Translations under genes and position numbers: made by a program | The notes under the pieces: model-generated | Told to the model about the DNA's origin: nothing | The model's database searches: none | The model's input: only the letters and a program-made list of their open reading frames with translations | Assembly (NCBI GenBank): GCA_965116495.1 | Contig: OZ220696.1 | Coordinates: forward strand, 1,056,001 to 1,120,000 | Reading direction: 5' to 3' | Source: Gammaproteobacteria bacterium | Lineage (GTDB): Bacteria > Pseudomonadota > Gammaproteobacteria > Eutrophobiales > Eutrophobiaceae | Length of the DNA stretch: 64,000 nucleotides | Shown here: positions 40,519 to 50,323 of the stretch, piece by piece | Layout: every line of letters starts with the position of its first letter | Position numbering within the stretch: position 1 is the first letter of the stretch

Positions 40519-42261
40519 TTATGCCTTGACACTGACGGTGACGATATCCGCATCGCTGTACTGCTGGTGGCGCACCGATGAGGCAAAGTGGCGTAACAAG
40601 CGCAGGGAAATCTCGTGTTCGACGGCGTCTTCGGAGGCCTGCCTGCCGAGCAGAGCCATGCGATCCTCGATGTTGCCCGTGTCTGCGGCAGCGATAAATT
40701 CCAGCTCCGCCATCCCGTTATCTTCCCAGGCCACCAGCAGCAGGCGGCGTTTTTTATCCGCCTCCGCATCATCATCCAACCGGCACAGTATCAACAGGGT
40801 CTCCTCAGCGACCAGGCATAAGCGATCGGCCGCCTCCGCGCTCCAGCCCTTGCCCGAGGTGAACCCACCCAGGAATTCCTTGATTCTGTCCAGGGCACTC
40901 ATGTCCATATCAGTCTCTATACGGCGCCGGCGCGGGCCCGTAAGGTTCAGAAAAACCGTCAGCAGGATTGCCGTTAGACCGCCGGCCGTCATACCGTTAC
41001 CAAGCAGGTCCCTCAGCCAATCGTTCAGGTAATCCGCGAAAAACATATCGTTCTGGAAACCTGAACCCACCCAGAATGAGACCCCCACCAGTACCGCCTT
41101 GCGATAACCGACACCATCCTGTATGACGACCTGCATTCCGAGTACGAACAGAACACCCAGGATCACAATCAGGTAAGACCCGATTACGGGGTCCGGTATC
41201 GCCAGGAACAGACCGATCAACTTGGGTAGAAACGCCATTATCAAAAACAGTATTCCGACACAGGCGCCGACGCGCCGGGCAGCAACTCCGGTGATCTCCA
41301 CGAGTGCGATACTGGAGGAATAGGTGGTATTGGGCACAGTGCCTGCAAACCCCGACAACAGGTTGCCCAGACCATCGGCAGCGACTGCGCCCTGCACGGT
41401 GCGGAAATCGGTGGCGCGCGGCTTGCGCCATGCCACTCTCTGAATCGCGACGGCATCGCCAATGGTTTCAATAGCGCCCACCAGGGTCACGAATATGAAG
41501 GCCGGCAACAGCGTCCAGAAAACAATGCCGAACTCCAGGTCGAAACCCGGCCAACTGGTTGCGTCCGGGAGCCCGATCCAGGACGCTTCCAGTACCCGGT
41601 TTACGTCGTAAAGACCGAACCAGGCAGCGACGAAACAGCCTGTGACTATCCCGATCATCGGCGCCCAGAGACGCAACACCCCCGTGGCGCAAAATATCAA
41701 TACCAGGGTAGCGACGAAAGTCGCGATTGCACAGGCAGGCGCTGCCACAGCCGGTGTTCCGGCCGGTGCCTGAGTCAGCATATCAAAGGCAATCGGCATG
41801 ATGGTGACCGAGATCAGCATAATGACGGTACCGGCAACGGCCGGTGTAATGAGCCGCCGGAACAGGGCGAGACGCTCGGAGAGAGCAAACTGAAACAGTG
41901 ATGAGATGACGACCAGGGTCGCGAGCATCCCCGGGCCGCCTTCAGCCAATGCAGTGACACAGACTGCGATAAATGCACCGGAAGTTCCCATAAGCAGGGG
42001 ATATCCCGCGCCGACCCGTCCAAGCCGGACTGCCTGTATGACCGTAGTCAGACCGCTGACGGCAAGTGCGGTAAAGACGGCCCATGTCAGGTAAGCTTCA
42101 CTCTCGCCGGCTGCCCGGACGATGATCGCCGGAGTGAGTACGATGCCGCCTATGATGAGCGCGGCATACTGGAAACCAAGACCCAGAGAAAGTGCGCCAG
42201 AGAGACGTTCATCAGGTTCATAGCGGATATTCTGATTGACCGGGGCTGTTTCTGTTTGCAT
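40519..42261 (-). CDS. NCS2 (xanthine/uracil permease) family transporter with extra C-terminal soluble domain
   Basis: LGFQY, GTSGAF, ETIGD, ADGL, PNTTYS; about 130 aa hydrophilic tail. Confidence 0.85.
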   Translation of the reverse strand: MQTETAPVNQNIRYEPDERLSGALSLGLGFQYAALIIGGIVLTPAIIVRAAGESEAYLTWAVFTALAVSGLTTVIQAVRLGRVGAGYPLLMGTSGAFIAVCVTALAEGGPGMLATLVVISSLFQFALSERLALFRRLITPAVAGTVIMLISVTIMPIAFDMLTQAPAGTPAVAAPACAIATFVATLVLIFCATGVLRLWAPMIGIVTGCFVAAWFGLYDVNRVLEASWIGLPDATSWPGFDLEFGIVFWTLLPAFIFVTLVGAIETIGDAVAIQRVAWRKPRATDFRTVQGAVAADGLGNLLSGFAGTVPNTTYSSSIALVEITGVAARRVGACVGILFLIMAFLPKLIGLFLAIPDPVIGSYLIVILGVLFVLGMQVVIQDGVGYRKAVLVGVSFWVGSGFQNDMFFADYLNDWLRDLLGNGMTAGGLTAILLTVFLNLTGPRRRRIETDMDMSALDRIKEFLGGFTSGKGWSAEAADRLCLVAEETLLILCRLDDDAEADKKRRLLLVAWEDNGMAELEFIAAADTGNIEDRMALLGRQASEDAVEHEISLRLLRHFASSVRHQQYSDADIVTVSVKA

Positions 42262-42374
42262 TATGAAAATTCTGTATTTGTAATTTATATGGGATTATGA
42301 CAGTGTTGTCGGGGCCACAAAGACGAAAGCAGTCTAACACCTGACCGCCATACAACCAACAGCCGGAAGAGCCT

Positions 42375-43061
42375 ATGGATAAAACGAAAATCACATTGCT
42401 GACAATTGTCATCGTATTGGTGGTGCTGTTTTTTGTTTTCGACCTGGGCCAGTATTTCAACCTGGAATACCTGAAGGAGAAGCAGGCCGTCATGGATGCC
42501 TATTATGAGCGGGAACCATTAACAACAGCCGTCTCCTTCTTTTTCCTGTATGTCATCATTACCGGCCTGTCCCTGCCGGGGGCAGCCATCCTTACCTTGG
42601 CCGCCGGCGCCATTTTCGGTGTGCTCTGGGGAACCATAGTCGTGTCCTTTGCTTCCACCATAGGGGCAACGCTCGCATTCCTGGTCTCACGCTACCTGTT
42701 CCGGGAAGCCATACAAGGACGTTTTGCCGACAAGTTAACCGCCATCAACAGGGGGATTGACGAGGAAGGCGCATTTTACCTGTTCACCCTGCGCCTGGTG
42801 CCCATATTCCCGTTTTTCATCATCAACCTGGTGATGGGCCTGACTACCATCAAGGCGTTGACCTTCTTTCTCGTCAGCCAGGTCGGGATGCTGGCCGGGA
42901 CTGTCGTTTACGTGAACGCCGGTACCCAGATTGCGAAAATTGAACAACTCAAGGATATCGCATCACCGGAGTTGATATTGTCTTTTGTGCTGCTGGGCAT
43001 CTTCCCGCTGTTGGCGAAAAAAACAGTCGATTACCTGAAAAAACGTAAAATCCGCAGATGA
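42375..43061 (+). CDS. TVP38/TMEM64 (VTT/DedA) family membrane protein
   Basis: SLPGA.ILTL.AGAIFG, LRLVPIFPFFIINL, SQVGML.GT. Confidence 0.92.
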   Translation: MDKTKITLLTIVIVLVVLFFVFDLGQYFNLEYLKEKQAVMDAYYEREPLTTAVSFFFLYVIITGLSLPGAAILTLAAGAIFGVLWGTIVVSFASTIGATLAFLVSRYLFREAIQGRFADKLTAINRGIDEEGAFYLFTLRLVPIFPFFIINLVMGLTTIKALTFFLVSQVGMLAGTVVYVNAGTQIAKIEQLKDIASPELILSFVLLGIFPLLAKKTVDYLKKRKIRR

Positions 43062-43228
43062 CGCACTCCTGCCTAAAGCATGCAGAGGCATGGATTAACG
43101 CAGATTTTTTTGGAATGATTTCGAATTGTATTGGCCATTCCTGCACCTCTTCGTCATTCCCGCGCAGGCGGGAATCCAGTAACCAAACAGTCGCCTTTCA
43201 GGCGACACTTTATCACCAAGATCTGCGC
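43050..43228. repeat. Degenerate CCGCAGAT-arm element, copy E, with a 27-nt insert and a nested REP at 43153-43180
   Basis: atccgcagatgacgca[27 nt]gattaacgcagatt; residual right arm atctgcg; cgtcattcccgcgcaggcgggaatccagt inside. Confidence 0.75.
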
Positions 43229-43230
43229 GC

Positions 43231-44583
43231 ATGAGTGAATACGACTATGATTTGTTTGTGATCGGCGCCGGGTCCGGCGGCGTACGCGCTGCGCGCATGG
43301 CAGGCGGGTTCGGCGCCCGGGTCGCCATCGCCGAAGACCGTTACCTGGGCGGCACCTGCGTCAATGTCGGCTGTATCCCGAAAAAGCTGTTTGTGTATGC
43401 CTCACATTTTGCCGAAGATTTTCATGATGCGGCGGGTTATGGCTGGCATGTCGCCGGACCTGTTTTTAAATGGGATGAGCTTCTACATAATAAAAATAAA
43501 GAAATCAGTAGATTAAATAGTATATATAAGAATTTACTGGAACGTAACGGAGTGCGCGTGTTTGACGGCAGGGCCGAACTTGGCGGACCTAATACCGTTC
43601 GTATCAACGGCGAGAGCGTCAGCGCGCAGCGGATACTGGTGGCAACGGGTGGTTGGCCGCATATCCCGGACATCCCCGGCAAAGAATACATTATCTCATC
43701 CAACGAAGCTTTTTTTGTTGAGTCCTTACCAGCCAGTGTGGTGATCGTGGGCGGCGGCTATATCGCGGTCGAATTTGCCGGCATCTTTCACGGCCTTGGC
43801 GTGGACACTACCCTGGTATATCGCGGCGACCTGTTCCTGCGGGGATTCGACGGGGAGATGCGCGGGTTTCTTGCAGAACAGATGCGTCAGAAAGGAATCA
43901 ATCTGCTCTTCAACACCCGGATAGATAGCATAGACAGGCAAAACGGCTGCTACCTGGTGAACTCCCCCGATACCGGGACTATAACAACTGACCTGGTCAT
44001 GTATGCCACCGGACGGCGGCCCAACACGAACGGTCTGGGGCTGGAAACGGCCGGGGTGCAACTCAACGATAAAGGCGCCATAGTGGTCGATGTCGAATAC
44101 CGCAGTTCGACCCCTTCCATTTACGCCATCGGCGATGTAACCGACCGGATGAACCTGACCCCCGTCGCCACAGCAGAGGGAACGGCACTGGCCAACAACC
44201 TCTATAACAACCAGTCAAGACGCGTCGATTACCGCGCTATCCCCACCTGCATATTCAGCCAGCCCAACCTGGGCACCGTGGGCCTCACCGAGGAACAGGC
44301 CCGGCAGGAATATACAAACGTCGAAATCTACAAGTCCAGGTTCACCAACCTGAAACACACCTTGACCGGCAACAGCGAAAAGACATTGATGAAGATCATC
44401 GTCGACAAGGACACCGACAAGGTCCTTGGCGTACACATGGTCGGCGCAGACGCTGGCGAGATTATCCAGGGCATAGGTATCGCCCTCAAGGCCGGCGCCA
44501 CCAAAGCGACATTCGACGCCACCATCGGTATTCATCCGACCGTAGCGGAAGAGTTTGTTACGATGCGCGAACCTGCGGCATAG
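43231..44583 (+). CDS. gor: Glutathione-disulfide reductase
   Basis: [37 protein letters not shown]. Confidence 0.95.
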   Translation: MSEYDYDLFVIGAGSGGVRAARMAGGFGARVAIAEDRYLGGTCVNVGCIPKKLFVYASHFAEDFHDAAGYGWHVAGPVFKWDELLHNKNKEISRLNSIYKNLLERNGVRVFDGRAELGGPNTVRINGESVSAQRILVATGGWPHIPDIPGKEYIISSNEAFFVESLPASVVIVGGGYIAVEFAGIFHGLGVDTTLVYRGDLFLRGFDGEMRGFLAEQMRQKGINLLFNTRIDSIDRQNGCYLVNSPDTGTITTDLVMYATGRRPNTNGLGLETAGVQLNDKGAIVVDVEYRSSTPSIYAIGDVTDRMNLTPVATAEGTALANNLYNNQSRRVDYRAIPTCIFSQPNLGTVGLTEEQARQEYTNVEIYKSRFTNLKHTLTGNSEKTLMKIIVDKDTDKVLGVHMVGADAGEIIQGIGIALKAGATKATFDATIGIHPTVAEEFVTMREPAA

Positions 44584-44726
44584 AACATATACAGGTTAGA
44601 ATCCCTGACGGCCAATCAAATACCCCCTGTTCTACCGTTCCAGTTGTCCCTTATCGCAACTGCCGGTGCGCATTTCTTTCCGATCCATTGCCCTTGTATG
44701 CTTTATGCAGGATGCGTCATCTGGGG

Positions 44727-44763
44727 ATTAAGGAACCTCTGACATAATCAGAGGTTCCTTAAT
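44727..44763. repeat. 16-bp perfect palindrome (TAAGGAACCTCTGA arms) overlapping a stop codon
   Basis: attaaggaacctctga-cataa-tcagaggttccttaat; related half-site at 51107-51124. Confidence 0.8.
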
Positions 44764-45622
44764 TATTCTTTTCAAAAAATGTGGAGTAGTCCCGGAAGAA
44801 CCGGCGCAGTGTTATGGGCGCCCTGCCCGTTACCCGGGTGTAGTTATCGGTGAGCAATGCGCCGCGGCCTTGTGCGGTCAGTTCGAACATCTCCGAGACG
44901 GTCTCCACGTACCAGTCGTCGGGGACCCAGCGCGCCAGCGATTGTTTGAATTCCTCTGCCGGAACGTTAACATAACTGATTTCCCTGCCCATCACTTCGG
45001 ATAACTGCACCGCGATGTCGTGGAACGAGACCAGTTCGAGCCCCGTGATCTCGTAGGTTTCACCATCGTGACCTGAACCGGTCAATACATCCAGGATAAA
45101 GCGCGCCACGTCGCGCACGTCGATAATGCCCACCTCCCCGTCACGCATCGGCATGTAGAATTTATCCTCCGCCACGATGGTGCCGGTAATGTGAAGCATG
45201 TTCTGCATGAAGAAATTCGGACGTACCAGGGTATAGCCCAGGCCGGATTCCCGTATATATTGCTCGGCATCGCCGTGGTAGCGCTTCAGCAGTGATGTTG
45301 AATTCGAATTCGCCCCGTTAGCCGACATTTTCACAAGGTAACTGATCTCAGCGGCCCGGGCCGCGTCCACAAAGCCTTTTTCCAGCTCCAGTTGCTCCCT
45401 GGCGTTCGCCATCAGTAAAAATGCCTTGTCACAACCCTGCATGGCTTCCTTGACGGTAGCCGGGTCCCCCAGGTCACCGCAGACCACCTCGACGCCGACA
45501 GCCGTTAGTGCACCTGCCTTGCCCGAATCCCTGATCAAGCCCCTGGCTTGAAGCTTATATTCAGGCAGGAGTTTTAAGATTTCCGTGCCGACCGCGCCGG
45601 TCAGTCCTGTGAATAAAATCAC
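44759..45622 (-). CDS. NmrA-like / atypical SDR NAD(P)-binding protein
   Basis: TGLTGAVG, GDL.D, RPNFFMQN, IDVRDVA, YEITG. Confidence 0.88.
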   Translation of the reverse strand: MILFTGLTGAVGTEILKLLPEYKLQARGLIRDSGKAGALTAVGVEVVCGDLGDPATVKEAMQGCDKAFLLMANAREQLELEKGFVDAARAAEISYLVKMSANGANSNSTSLLKRYHGDAEQYIRESGLGYTLVRPNFFMQNMLHITGTIVAEDKFYMPMRDGEVGIIDVRDVARFILDVLTGSGHDGETYEITGLELVSFHDIAVQLSEVMGREISYVNVPAEEFKQSLARWVPDDWYVETVSEMFELTAQGRGALLTDNYTRVTGRAPITLRRFFRDYSTFFEKNN

Positions 45623-45646
45623 TATTTAATTCTCCGCTGGTAAAGG

Positions 45647-45913
45647 TAGTACTCTTTCAACTTAATATTGACATGTTCAGCGGGTCGGGAAGCGGTTGAG
45701 CGCAAGGCACGCCGCGCCGGGAATGGCGCGCCCTTGCCAAGCGGTGTAACGCCGCGGGCGACCGCTTCCCGGCCCGCCCGCAGGGAGCCACACAGCGACG
45801 CCAATACGGCGTTGCAGCCCTTGACAAGGGCGCGCCATTCTCTGCGGGCTGCGCCTTGTCTTGACGCCGCTGTGTGGCTCTGAACATGTCAATATTAAGT
45901 TGAAAGAGTACTA
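45647..45913. mobile_element. MITE (267 bp) with perfect 34-bp TIRs, TA-bounded
   Basis: tagtactctttcaacttaatattgacatgttcag at 45647-45680 and its exact reverse complement at 45880-45913. Confidence 0.9.
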
Positions 45914-45914
45914 G

Positions 45915-47531
45915 CAGTCTGTCGGACTTGGGCGCTGCGATTATCTTTGCGGACCACTTTTCAGGTCTTTTTGTCGCGGCAAGGCGCACGTGCATGTTGC
46001 CTGAACCTATACATGTACATTATGGGGATGTACAGACCTCACCAGGCGCCTGTCCTGACCGGGTAAACACCCACTGCCCCCTGCATCAGGCCAGCTGCAT
46101 GTTATGCAGGCGTTTACAGTTGTAGGCCAGGGCCAGTAACTGCCACTCACCGGTCACCTTCTCATGGCCGCGCAGGAGAAACTGCCGGAACCCCAGGGCC
46201 TGCTTCATGATACCGAACACCGGCTCCACGGTCTGCTGCCGCAACCGGTAGCTGGCCCGGTTGTCCGCCTGTGATAACTTCTCTTGCATCGCCACCAGCC
46301 AGGGCGCTTTCGCCGGCTTGGGCTTGGCCGCCTGCGCCGGGTCCGGCAACGGGCGGAAGTCATGCCGCCGGCGCCGGTCCTCCGTCCCCACCGCCACCAG
46401 CACGTCTATCTCCCGACCGGTCAGCGCAGCCACTTCTGTCTCCGTCGCATAGCCGTTGTCCGCCAACACCTGGGCAGGGGTCCCCAACGCCGCCGGCACC
46501 GAGTCAATGTCAGCGACCAATTCGTTGCGGTCGCTGGCGCATTGGCTGACCCGCGTCCCCAGCACCAACTGGCTGCCGTCCGCATCCACCACCGCCTGCG
46601 CATTGTACGCCTGCCGGTACTCACTGCGTTTGTTCTTGCGCATCAGGGAACTGTCCGCATCCGTCAGGTTCACCTGGGTGTCCTCCGCCGGGGTGTCTTC
46701 CGGCGGCTTGATAGGGTGCCCCTTGGCCCGGCCCCGACGCTTCTCACGCGCCGCCACCTTGCGCTCGTACTCGGCCTGGTCCGCCTGCGCTTGCGCCTTG
46801 GCCTGGCGCTCCAGACGTGCGCAGGCCGCATCCAGTTGCGTCGCCAGCGCCTCCCGCCGCGCCAACGCCTTCGGCAACTGCTGCGGGTCCGCCGCGTCCT
46901 GGCTGTCCGCACGCTCCGCTTCGGCCAGCAAATCCTTGACCTCACCCCGCAACTGCTCGCGTAATTCCACCGCCCGGTCATAGCGGATACTGCGCCGCTT
47001 GCTCGCAGCCGCCTTCACCTTCGTCCCGTCCACACTCACCCGGCCCACCGTCAACAACTTCAATTCCTTCGCCAGCAATAACACCTCCACAAAACCCGCC
47101 TGTACCGCCTCAAGGTTCTCCCGCCGGAACTTGCAAATCGTGTCATGGTCCGGGTGCGTGTTCGCCGTCACGTAACGCACCCCGATATCCCGGTACGTCG
47201 CTCGCTCAATCCGGCGCGAGGAAAAAATACCGTTCGCATAACAATAAATCAGCAACGCCAGCATGATACGCGGGTGATACTGTGCCGACCCCGTGCCCCG
47301 GGTGTTCACCACAAACTGACTCAAAGGCACCCGTTCCACCGCTGCCACGACAAAATGCGCCAGGTCATCCTCGGGTAGCCACTCGCGTAAATCCGGTGGT
47401 AACAGGTAGGGTTGGTTACGGTCACTTTGCACAAAGTTTTCCATCGAAGCAGCCTCTATCGAACAGCGTGTGGTATCATCAAATCGTGTCGTCTATTATA
47501 CCTCTATCCCAGCCCTAAGTCCGACAGACTG
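45915..47531 (-). mobile_element. IS1182-family insertion sequence flanked by CTAG
   Basis: IRs cagtctgtcggactt / aagtccgacagactg; CTAG at 45911-45914 and 47532-47535. Confidence 0.9.
46086..47444 (-). CDS. IS1182-family DDE transposase
   Basis: LLPPDLREWLP, FSSRRIE, PDHDTI, VDGTK, YNAQ, ADNGY, Y..R...VEPVFG..K. Confidence 0.93.
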   Translation of the reverse strand: MENFVQSDRNQPYLLPPDLREWLPEDDLAHFVVAAVERVPLSQFVVNTRGTGSAQYHPRIMLALLIYCYANGIFSSRRIERATYRDIGVRYVTANTHPDHDTICKFRRENLEAVQAGFVEVLLLAKELKLLTVGRVSVDGTKVKAAASKRRSIRYDRAVELREQLRGEVKDLLAEAERADSQDAADPQQLPKALARREALATQLDAACARLERQAKAQAQADQAEYERKVAAREKRRGRAKGHPIKPPEDTPAEDTQVNLTDADSSLMRKNKRSEYRQAYNAQAVVDADGSQLVLGTRVSQCASDRNELVADIDSVPAALGTPAQVLADNGYATETEVAALTGREIDVLVAVGTEDRRRRHDFRPLPDPAQAAKPKPAKAPWLVAMQEKLSQADNRASYRLRQQTVEPVFGIMKQALGFRQFLLRGHEKVTGEWQLLALAYNCKRLHNMQLA

Positions 47532-47543
47532 CTAGGTTGGTTT

Positions 47544-47573
47544 ACTGGATTCCAGCGTGCGCCAGAATGACGG
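47544..47573. repeat. Single REP-like unit
   Basis: actggattccagcgtgcgccagaatgacgg. Confidence 0.65.
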
Positions 47574-47632
47574 TATTATTTATTTTGACTATTTTTTTAC
47601 CTTGGCAATTGTACCCTGATATAGTTTGCAGC

Positions 47633-48391
47633 ATGAGAAAATTATTTTACCTGGCAGTGCTGCTCTGGTTCCCCGGAGCGCATGCACAGTCCATGAACGT
47701 CGCGGTCGCATCCAACCTGACCCATACGATTAGCGAAATCAGCAAGGTTTTTTTTCTGGATGAGGGAGAAAAGGTCAACCTGACTTTTGGTTCATCCGGG
47801 AATTTTGCCAGGCAGATCGTACAGGGTGCGCCTTACAAGGTCTTTATTTCCGCCGGCAAACAGTACGTGGACTTCATCCGGGACAAGGGCCGGGAGACAA
47901 TCGGCTTCAAGGCGCTGGTTCATGGCCGCCTCAGCTTGTATATCCCGGAAACATCGAAACTGGAAAAGCAGGCGACACTGGCCGATGCGCTGAAGACGAT
48001 TCAATACGGCGACTTCCGCAGACTGGCTGTCGCCAACCCGGAACATGCACCCTATGGCCAGGCTGCCAGGGAAGCGCTGGTCAATGCAGGTGTATGGGTT
48101 GTTAACCACAAAAAGCTGCTGTTTGGTGAAAATGCAGCGCAGGCAATGCAATTCTGCCTGTCCGGAAGCGTAGACATGTGTATCATTCCCAGTTCTTTTC
48201 TGGTGCTGGAACAATTCTCAGGCAAGGGAGACAATTTCACGATCCCGCTGAAGTGGCACCCTCCCATCACTCAATACGCTGTTTTGCTCGATAACAGCGA
48301 TGAACAGGGCGTGCGCTATTTTAACTACCTGTCGTCCGCGTCCAGTGAAGCCATTTTCAGGAAACACGGCTACATCTTGATTGAGAATTAA
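47633..48391 (+). CDS. modA: Molybdate ABC transporter substrate-binding protein
   Basis: AVASNL, FGSSG, ANPEHAPYG, GEN; start trimmed to ATG 47633. Confidence 0.93.
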   Translation: MRKLFYLAVLLWFPGAHAQSMNVAVASNLTHTISEISKVFFLDEGEKVNLTFGSSGNFARQIVQGAPYKVFISAGKQYVDFIRDKGRETIGFKALVHGRLSLYIPETSKLEKQATLADALKTIQYGDFRRLAVANPEHAPYGQAAREALVNAGVWVVNHKKLLFGENAAQAMQFCLSGSVDMCIIPSSFLVLEQFSGKGDNFTIPLKWHPPITQYAVLLDNSDEQGVRYFNYLSSASSEAIFRKHGYILIEN

Positions 48392-48548
48392 GAATTAGGA
48401 ATTACGAATTACGAATTGGGAATTGGGAATGACTGTACATGGCGGGGTTCTGTTTATCGAGATGGCCGTACCAAATCAGCACCGCTCAGAACTTGTGTTA
48501 GAGTAACGTGTCCCCAATTCGTAATTCCTAATTCGTAATTCGTAATTC
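48386..48548. repeat. Inverted heptamer arrays flanking an ~80-nt unique interior between modA and modB
   Basis: aatt(a/g)(a/c/g)g x6 at 48386-48427; reverse-complement units x5 at 48513-48548; modA TAA lies in the first unit. Confidence 0.93.
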
Positions 48549-48556
48549 AAATTTAT

Positions 48557-49228
48557 ATGGACTGGCAAGCCCTAAACGTTTCCCTGCTTCTCGCCGCGCT
48601 GACTGCGCTAATCCTGACACCCATCGGAATCCTGGTCGCACGCAAGCTGGCCTGGTCGCAATTCCCCGGACGCAATTTCGCCCAGGCCCTGGTTGCGCTG
48701 CCATTGATATTGCCGCCGACCGTATTAGGCTTTTACCTGATGATCAGCCTGGGAGAACTGTCACCCATCGGCAGGTTGTATGAGGGAATAGCGGGTGAGT
48801 CCCTGGTATTCTCGTTCGAGGGTATCCTGCTGGCATCGATTATTTTCAATATCCCGTTCGCCGTCCAGCCGGTACAACGCAGTTTCGAGTCAATACCGCT
48901 CAATGTGCGCGAGGCGGCCTGGTGCAGCGGTCTTTCCGGCTGGCAGACATTCTGGCGCATCGAACTGCCCCTGGCGTGGCCGGGGGTTATCTCTGCCGCC
49001 ATCCTGACCATTGCCCATACCCTGGGCGAATTCGGGGTGGTCCTGATGGTGGGCGGTAACCTGGCCGGTGAAACCCGCACCGTCGCCATTGCCATCTATG
49101 ATCGCGTCCAGGCTTTCGATAACGCCGGCGCCGCAACCATGTCCGCGGCACTGCTCGTGATTTCGCTTGTCTCCATCACTCTGATCTACTTCCTGACTGA
49201 CCGGGCAGGTAACCATGGCCGACGCTGA
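48557..49228 (+). CDS. modB: Molybdate ABC transporter permease
   Basis: LPLILPPTVLGFYL, AHTLGEFGVVLMVGGN. Confidence 0.95.
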   Translation: MDWQALNVSLLLAALTALILTPIGILVARKLAWSQFPGRNFAQALVALPLILPPTVLGFYLMISLGELSPIGRLYEGIAGESLVFSFEGILLASIIFNIPFAVQPVQRSFESIPLNVREAAWCSGLSGWQTFWRIELPLAWPGVISAAILTIAHTLGEFGVVLMVGGNLAGETRTVAIAIYDRVQAFDNAGAATMSAALLVISLVSITLIYFLTDRAGNHGRR

Positions 49229-50318
49229 TTCCATCCACGTCAGGCTTGAACAGACCGACCCGATCCCGCTGGACGTGTCCCTGACCTGTAACACGGGAGA
49301 AATTCTGGTCATCCTGGGTCCGTCCGGCAGCGGCAAAACGACCATACTGAGGGCCATCAGCGGCCTGTACACACCGGAATCGGGTAATGTGCGCTGTAAC
49401 GGGGAACAATGGCTGGATACCGCAGCGAATACTAATCTGCCGGTGCAGCAACGGCACATCGGTATGGTGTTCCAGCACTACGCCCTGTTCCCACATAAAA
49501 CGGCAGTGCAGAACATTATGCTACCGTTAGCCGGGACAGGTAATAAACAGCAACGGGCTGTTGCTGAAAACCTGTTACGCACCATGAACATGGAGGGTCT
49601 GGGAAAACGTTACCCGCACCAGTTATCGGGCGGACAGCAACAGCGGGTTGCCCTGGCCCGGGCACTGGCGCGCGACCCCGGGGTATTATTGCTGGACGAG
49701 CCCTTTTCCGCTGTGGACCAGCAGACACGCAGGAAACTGGTACGCGAACTGGTAAGTTTGAGACGGCGCTTCAAACTGCCCATAATTCACGTTACCCACG
49801 ACCTGAACGAAGCGCGGCGTATTGCCGACCGGCTGTGCATCATCCACCACGGGAAAACCCTGCAAATTGATACCCCGGACCAGGTCATGAACCATCCCGA
49901 TAACGCCGATATCGCCTCACTGATCGGTCACTATAATATATTCAAAGGCAAAGTCATCGCGCACGATCATGATGCGGAAACAACTCGTATCGAATGGCAT
50001 GGCCATACCCTGACAACACGCTATCGCCCCGAGTTCGAACCCCATGTGGAAATAGACTGGGTCATCCCGTCAGACAGCATTATCCTGCACCGCCGAGACA
50101 GGCCGTCCAAGGGAGAACGGGAGAACCCCGTCAAAGGCCGGATCGATGAACTGCTCCCCCTGGGAGAGAACGCCTCGCTCACCATTGCAACCGAACAGGA
50201 CCAGTCACTCTACCTGTCAGTGCCGACCCACGTCGCCCGCCGCAACCGCCTGGCCCAAGGTGGTGATGTCACCGTCTCGCTATTGGCCGAGCGTATTCAC
50301 CTGATGAAAAAAATATAG
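49215..50318 (+). CDS. modC: Molybdate ABC transporter ATPase
   Basis: GPSGSGKT, LSGGQQQR, LLDEPF; follows modAB. Confidence 0.88.
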   Translation: MADADSIHVRLEQTDPIPLDVSLTCNTGEILVILGPSGSGKTTILRAISGLYTPESGNVRCNGEQWLDTAANTNLPVQQRHIGMVFQHYALFPHKTAVQNIMLPLAGTGNKQQRAVAENLLRTMNMEGLGKRYPHQLSGGQQQRVALARALARDPGVLLLDEPFSAVDQQTRRKLVRELVSLRRRFKLPIIHVTHDLNEARRIADRLCIIHHGKTLQIDTPDQVMNHPDNADIASLIGHYNIFKGKVIAHDHDAETTRIEWHGHTLTTRYRPEFEPHVEIDWVIPSDSIILHRRDRPSKGERENPVKGRIDELLPLGENASLTIATEQDQSLYLSVPTHVARRNRLAQGGDVTVSLLAERIHLMKKI

Positions 50319-50323
50319 CGATC

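Noticed and set aside
45622-45995. Small ORFs within the MITE
   Set aside because: Arise from GC-rich palindromic sequence; no coding signature
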